Source of the DNA: Candidatus Thalassarchaeaceae archaeon | Lineage (GTDB): Archaea; Thermoplasmatota; Poseidoniia; Poseidoniales; Thalassarchaeaceae | Length of the DNA stretch: 52,530 nt | Reading direction: 5' to 3' | Assembly (NCBI GenBank): GCA_030747395.1 | Contig: JASLKT010000004.1 | Span: 1 to 52,530, forward strand | Translations under genes and position numbers: made by a program | Shown here: positions 47,982 to 52,530 of the stretch, piece after piece | Layout: each line of letters starts with the position of its first letter | Position numbering within the stretch: position 1 is the stretch's first letter | Notes under the pieces: generated by a model | Told to the model about the DNA's origin: nothing | The model's database searches: none | What the model saw: the letters and a program-made list of their open reading frames with translations, nothing else

Positions 47982-49007
47982 ATGGTCTCGGAGTCTGACT
48001 TCATCGCTGCCTTCCAAGCATACCACGATGCGCTAGAAGATCCCGCGGCAAAAGTCGAAACAATTCGACCCCTTGTCAACCAGCACTTGAACGAACTCAT
48101 CGCTCGACTGCCGGGTGTTGCTGTGCAAAATGCTGCACGCCAGCGAGCCATGACAGAATTGGATCGAATTGAAGAAATGGCGAAAGAGAAGGCTGTTGAA
48201 GTCGCAGAGGATATCGAAGAATTTGAGGATGAAGTCAAAGCAAAGACGCAGAGCCTAACGCCAGCAGCGATTTTTATTGAGCCTGAAAATCCTGCAGAAG
48301 GTTCTCCTTTCACAGTTGGATTCTCAGGCAGTTCAGGAGACCCCACCGCTTGGATTGGCATCTTTTCAGCAGGTGCATCACATGGTGAACATGGTAGTAA
48401 CTGGTTGTACGTGAATGGAACCACACAACCCGGTGAAGGGAAAATCGCAGGTTCTGTGACGTTTACCGGAGAACAATATGTTGCTGGTGATTATGATGCG
48501 CGTTTGTTCCGAAATAATAGCCATGACTTGATGGCCTCAGCCACCTTCTCAATCTCTGCCACAGAATCGGAAGAAGTTGTTGAGGAACCTGAGCCCGAGC
48601 CAGAACCTGAGCCCGAGCCAGAACCTGAGCCCGAGCCAGAACCTGAGCCCGAGCCAGAACCTGAGCCCGAACCGGCGGTTACTTCCTCCAGCGACGATAT
48701 TGCTGCAGTTGCAGCCCACCTTGAGACTGTGAAATTATTCGGTGAGAAGCGCCGTTATATTGAGAGTCTAAGTGACGAAATCTTCGATTTCAACCTCAAG
48801 ATTGAATCGATGGAGAACACCATTGGGATTGGTCTAGGTTCGGATTTCCGTGGCGGGAAAACCTGCATTGGAACTGTGAACGACATTGGAGTTGGTGTTC
48901 GAATTCCCAATACCATGGAATTGCACATTGGACAGGAAATCTATGTCGAGGCCAAACTGCTTGAATATCGATCTGTTGTCAAGCGATTCGAGTTCGAACA
49001 TCTCTGA
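47982..49007 (+). CDS. Hypothetical protein: helical N-terminus, SKICH-like beta domain, (EP)15 linker, OB-like C-terminus
   Basis: ATG 47982; AWIGIF...WLY...GSVTF...YDARLF; EP tract; domain names are inferences. Confidence 0.75.
   Translation: MVSESDFIAAFQAYHDALEDPAAKVETIRPLVNQHLNELIARLPGVAVQNAARQRAMTELDRIEEMAKEKAVEVAEDIEEFEDEVKAKTQSLTPAAIFIEPENPAEGSPFTVGFSGSSGDPTAWIGIFSAGASHGEHGSNWLYVNGTTQPGEGKIAGSVTFTGEQYVAGDYDARLFRNNSHDLMASATFSISATESEEVVEEPEPEPEPEPEPEPEPEPEPEPEPEPEPEPAVTSSSDDIAAVAAHLETVKLFGEKRRYIESLSDEIFDFNLKIESMENTIGIGLGSDFRGGKTCIGTVNDIGVGVRIPNTMELHIGQEIYVEAKLLEYRSVVKRFEFEHL
48585..48674 (+). repeat. 18-nt tandem repeat (GAACCTGAGCCCGAGCCA) x4 plus one degenerate copy, encoding (EP)15
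   Basis: Read directly from the sequence. Confidence 0.95.
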
Positions 49008-49009
49008 AT

Positions 49010-50230
49010 TTAATCTCTCAATTTTGAGATAATTTCCGTCAATGCATCGGCTTGATCTTCAGGACGCAAACCCATTTCAGCGATGTTTTTTCTGCCTGCT
49101 TCTGACCAAGATTTACGCATTTCCTGCTGCTTTGATTTCTCAAGTGCTTCATGCCATGCATCCCAATCTCCTCTCGGCAACAACATCCCGGAGACGCCAT
49201 CTTCAACCGTGTGACAGTATCCACCTTCATCGACCATAAGAGCCGGTGTACCGGCCGCTTGCGCCTCAATTGGCGTCAAACCGAAAGGCTCTCCACGGGC
49301 CAGAGAAACAACAGCGCGAGACCGCTTGACTAGGCTGACAAGATCTTCTTGTGAAAGCCGAGGTTCGACGATGAGGTCCACTCCTTTGCTAGTGGCATGT
49401 GCTTTCATCGAGGCGAGGTCTTCAGTAGAACCCCCCCCAACGTGGTGATAGGTCAATCCAGTTCCAGCGAGCATGTCGATGGTATCCATTGTTCCTTTGA
49501 CATAGGATGCCATTCCAATCGCAACAACACAATCTTCGATTGGTGGGCAATCACCTGACCAAATATCAAGATTTACAGAAGGCCATAGTAATCCAGATTT
49601 TTCACCATAAACTGTCTGAATGCGCTCTTGAATCCAAGGAGAATTACCACTGATGGTGGCATTTGAGCGATCTGCGAGGTCATGGGTCATTGAAATGTCA
49701 CGCCGCCGCTGTTTTCCAAGTAGAAATCGGGTCAATGCAAGGTTTTGTTTCGGATTTCCATCTAGGGTTCTATGTAACACATCTTCGTGTAATCCACGAT
49801 GAGGTTCTAGGCAGTAATAGTGAACGGGTAGATCTTTTGGAATCAGTTGACTGAATTCCAAACTGCCCACACCACTGGTGAGGTGAATTGCATCACTGGT
49901 CGCTAGGACATCTTGCAAACGCAAGCCCTGTTCGGTAAGTTCCAACATATTCCACCATCGATTTGAGGCTTGTCGCGAGGCAACTGCTCGGAATTCGGCC
50001 CATCCTCCCGTCGGTTTGTTCCAAGGGATGGTAGGCGTCAGGTAGAGAATTCCAAGCGCATCCATTCTTTCCCTCGCTTCGAGAGGAAGATTCAGTGAAG
50101 CGCAAGTGATTTCGAAATGGGATTGCCAAGCTTCCAGGTTGTTCAATAAATCACGCTCAGCGCCCCCAAATTGCTCAAAGGTTCCCTTCACCACCAGCAG
50201 GCGGGGCTTTGAGTCCGAATCGTCGTCCAC
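49010..50230 (-). CDS. Glycosyltransferase family 4
   Basis: GGAER, YYCLEPHR.L, NSPWIQERIQTVYG, EPFGLTPIEAQAAGTP (ExFGxxxxE); likely GTG start at 50230. Confidence 0.9.
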   Translation of the reverse strand: MDDDSDSKPRLLVVKGTFEQFGGAERDLLNNLEAWQSHFEITCASLNLPLEARERMDALGILYLTPTIPWNKPTGGWAEFRAVASRQASNRWWNMLELTEQGLRLQDVLATSDAIHLTSGVGSLEFSQLIPKDLPVHYYCLEPHRGLHEDVLHRTLDGNPKQNLALTRFLLGKQRRRDISMTHDLADRSNATISGNSPWIQERIQTVYGEKSGLLWPSVNLDIWSGDCPPIEDCVVAIGMASYVKGTMDTIDMLAGTGLTYHHVGGGSTEDLASMKAHATSKGVDLIVEPRLSQEDLVSLVKRSRAVVSLARGEPFGLTPIEAQAAGTPALMVDEGGYCHTVEDGVSGMLLPRGDWDAWHEALEKSKQQEMRKSWSEAGRKNIAEMGLRPEDQADALTEIISKLRD

Positions 50231-50251
50231 GCACACGCCCTCGCTTGTCCG

Positions 50252-50259
50252 TTTAATAT
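50252..50259. promoter_or_regulatory. TATA-like TTTAATAT shared by two divergent genes
   Basis: Only AT-rich element in a 50-nt GC-rich gap, about 21 nt from both start codons. Confidence 0.55.
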
Positions 50260-50280
50260 CAGCATGGGCTGGGCGGGCTG

Positions 50281-51399
50281 ATGTCGCGTCAAGTTTTGGT
50301 GGTTCGTGGGGGGGCGTTGCCTCGTTCCAGTGGCCTTGGGCGGGCACATCATGACCTCGTGGATCGAGTGAGTGAACAACAAGTCAAGGGTTTCAGTCTT
50401 GGCGGTGTCATCGAACATGAAATCGGGGGCGGTGCATTTGCGCGCTGGCGTCGAAGACGAAGTGAGCATCCTCAGCGAGTTGCAGACGCAGCCAAAGCAA
50501 ATGCGGATGCCATTCTCCACATCACGGATCAAGAACAAGCTCACTTGATTCCAGAGAATTGTGATTTACCAGTCAGTATCACCATTCATGATTTATTCCA
50601 TTTGGAGCCGCGCAGAATATCGACATCGCATGGCAAGGTGAATATCGGCGATCAATCCCCAGGATTCTTGCGCGGTCGCGATTTGTCCCATCTACGAAGA
50701 GGACTTGAGAGAGCAGACCTGCTCATTTGTATCTCAGAAGCCACCGCCGAAGAAGCACGCGAATTGTGGCCCAGTAAGTCGATTGAAGTGGTGCCTCATG
50801 GCATCGACGTTGGAGGTTTTGATCCATTCTCTCACCCATTACCCAAACCCGAAGGCCTTGACCATTCCAACGTCAATCTACTCTGTGTCGGCAGTGAAGA
50901 ACCGCGGAAAAGAATCGATTTCCTCGTCGAAGTATTGGGTAGCCTTCCATCCCACCTCAAGGGAGATGTAATTCTCCACAAGGTTGGTGCAGAATCGAGT
51001 ACAAAATCGAAATCCAAATTGTCGAAAAGAGCCAAGGAATTGGGTGTTAACCTACATTGGGTTGGTCGACTTTCAGATATCGATTTGTGTGGCTATTACC
51101 AGCATTGCGAAGCCCTCCTTTTCCCCAGTGTCGCTGAAGGGTTTGGGCTGCCACCTTTGGAAGCGATGGCCTCGGGATGCCCGGTTCGTGTGGCTGACAT
51201 GCCAGCTCACAATGAGGTGGTACCAGAAGAATGGTTACTGCCCCACGACAGTGTCGATGATTGGGTTGACGCCATTGTTGGTTTTGCCTCAAAAGATGGG
51301 CGAAGACAACCGGATCCAATCGCTCTCAAACGAGCACAAAAATTCAGCATGGAAGCCTGGTCAACATCGATTTCACATGCTTGGAATCAACTTGAATAA
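50281..51399 (+). CDS. Glycosyltransferase family 4
   Basis: TIHDL, ICISEAT, VVPHGID, CVGSEEPRK, FPSVAEGFGLPPLEAMASGCPV. Confidence 0.93.
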   Translation: MSRQVLVVRGGALPRSSGLGRAHHDLVDRVSEQQVKGFSLGGVIEHEIGGGAFARWRRRRSEHPQRVADAAKANADAILHITDQEQAHLIPENCDLPVSITIHDLFHLEPRRISTSHGKVNIGDQSPGFLRGRDLSHLRRGLERADLLICISEATAEEARELWPSKSIEVVPHGIDVGGFDPFSHPLPKPEGLDHSNVNLLCVGSEEPRKRIDFLVEVLGSLPSHLKGDVILHKVGAESSTKSKSKLSKRAKELGVNLHWVGRLSDIDLCGYYQHCEALLFPSVAEGFGLPPLEAMASGCPVRVADMPAHNEVVPEEWLLPHDSVDDWVDAIVGFASKDGRRQPDPIALKRAQKFSMEAWSTSISHAWNQLE

Positions 51400-51451
51400 T
51401 CTAGAACATTATACCGACATTTGCTTATACCGCCCGTAGGGCGGTTGATTC

Positions 51452-52174
51452 ATGCTTAGGGTGGATGACCTGACCAAGGGCTTTGGCTCAGGTTCCAACC
51501 GCCTTGAGGTTCTCAAAGGAATCAATCTTGAGATTCAACCTGGCGAACTTGTGGCATTGATGGGTCCGTCTGGTTGTGGAAAATCGACCCTACTGAACAT
51601 CATCGGGGGATTATTGCCAGCTGAGAGTGGTGAAATTACCCTTAATTCACGCTCGTATGGATTGAGAAATCCGTCTTCAGTTGTTGATGTCCGACGCAAT
51701 CTCGTCGGTTGGATTTTCCAAGATTTCCACCTGTTGGATCATCTCTCGGCATTGGACAATGTTGCAATGGCTCTAGAAATATCAGGGGTCCCTTCCAAAG
51801 AAGCTGAAGAACGCGCACGAGAGGCATTAGCCCGGGTCAATCTCAGCGATCGGATGGACCATATTCCAGACCAACTTTCTGGTGGTCAGCAGCAACGTGT
51901 GGCCATTGCACGTGCGATTGCTGGCAACCGTCCATTACTACTCGCTGACGAACCTACTGGAAACCTAGACATCGCCTCCGGTGGAGATGTTCTGCGTTTG
52001 TTCAAGTCTCTTTGCCATGATGAAGAAAATCCGATTTCAATCCTGATGGTGACGCACGATCCTGATTTGGCCAGTCAAGCGGATCGGATGCTCTTACTCC
52101 GTGATGGGACAGTCGCAGCCAGCGACATTCGTTCCGCATGGGGATTGGATGATGAAGGAGGTGAAGAAGAGTGA
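51452..52174 (+). CDS. ABC transporter ATP-binding protein (LolD/MacB-like)
   Basis: Walker A GPSGCGKS, signature LSGGQQQR, Walker B LLLADEPTGNLD, VTHD. Confidence 0.96.
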   Translation: MLRVDDLTKGFGSGSNRLEVLKGINLEIQPGELVALMGPSGCGKSTLLNIIGGLLPAESGEITLNSRSYGLRNPSSVVDVRRNLVGWIFQDFHLLDHLSALDNVAMALEISGVPSKEAEERAREALARVNLSDRMDHIPDQLSGGQQQRVAIARAIAGNRPLLLADEPTGNLDIASGGDVLRLFKSLCHDEENPISILMVTHDPDLASQADRMLLLRDGTVAASDIRSAWGLDDEGGEEE

Positions 52175-52530
52175 AACCTGCTTCGGAATCTGACGTTGAG
52201 GATGAAACGGTCGAAGACCGTTCGTCGTTTGAAAAAGCGTCTATTTATGCAGGTTCTACCCTTCTATTTGTTGTAATAGTGAATTTATTCTATGGATTGG
52301 GAAATTTTCTAACAGGATGCACCGAAGAACTTCACTCAACTTGTTCAACGAGTATGAAACTAAATTGGCTGGATTTCCATCAAATGGGACACTGGGAAGC
52401 ATGGAGCCCTGTTGGTTCGGTCGGGATTCCAGATGTTGTTCTATCACTGATTGGTATTGCATTAATCAGTACCGGAATTCTTGGTGTAAATACGGTCAAG
52501 CTGTTTCTCCTGCAAAAGATTCGTAGCATC
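52171..52530 (+). CDS. Membrane protein, N-terminal fragment (probably the ABC permease), truncated by the window end
   Basis: GGAGGTGA SD, GTGA overlap with the ATPase stop; frame open to the end (MKPASESDVEDET...STLLFVVIVNLFYGLG...VVLSLIGIALISTGILGV). Confidence 0.72.
   Translation, partial: MKPASESDVEDETVEDRSSFEKASIYAGSTLLFVVIVNLFYGLGNFLTGCTEELHSTCSTSMKLNWLDFHQMGHWEAWSPVGSVGIPDVVLSLIGIALISTGILGVNTVKLFLLQKIRSI

Noticed and set aside
48585-48674. Tandem repeat as a CRISPR array linked to the Cas4-like gene
   Set aside because: The units are contiguous 18-mers without spacers and encode an in-frame EP linker
91-52526. Numerous 60-200 aa alternate-frame and antisense ORFs in the track
   Set aside because: They lie within well-supported genes and show no motifs or SD; expected shadows of codon bias

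Overview
Archaeal chromosomal segment with about 50% GC by eye, GGTGA/GGAGG Shine-Dalgarno (SD) motifs and many apparently leaderless genes. The gene content most resembles a Marine Group II euryarchaeon (Poseidoniales); this assignment is an inference. In order, the window holds: rpl15e, a PRC-barrel gene and RNase Z; a ~15 kb co-oriented block of large secreted or membrane-anchored proteins including an S8 protease; a complex I-like operon nuoABCDHIJ1J2KLMN with no nuoEFG; aIF-1A, RIO1 and an inverted Dim2/KH gene; CARDB/Ig-like surface proteins; a solo Cas4-like nuclease with four internal hydrophobic helices; rps2, dus and a sugar-dehydrogenase-like propeller; a regulatory/accessory islet with three wHTH proteins, Zn-ribbon and other microproteins and a low-GC RNase H-fold-like gene; a 3-hydroxyacyl-CoA dehydrogenase/enoyl-CoA hydratase; an EP-repeat protein; two divergent GT4 glycosyltransferases; and an ABC transporter running off the end. 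I saw no rRNA, tRNA, CRISPR array or transposase. The best leads are the membrane-embedded Cas4, three microproteins missing from the ORF track (two sit opposite an HxlR gene with a palindromic operator candidate), a probable ATC start or readthrough at aIF1A-rio1, a switchable hairpin in the nuo leader, and a recurring class of intergenic palindromes with 3-nt spacers.
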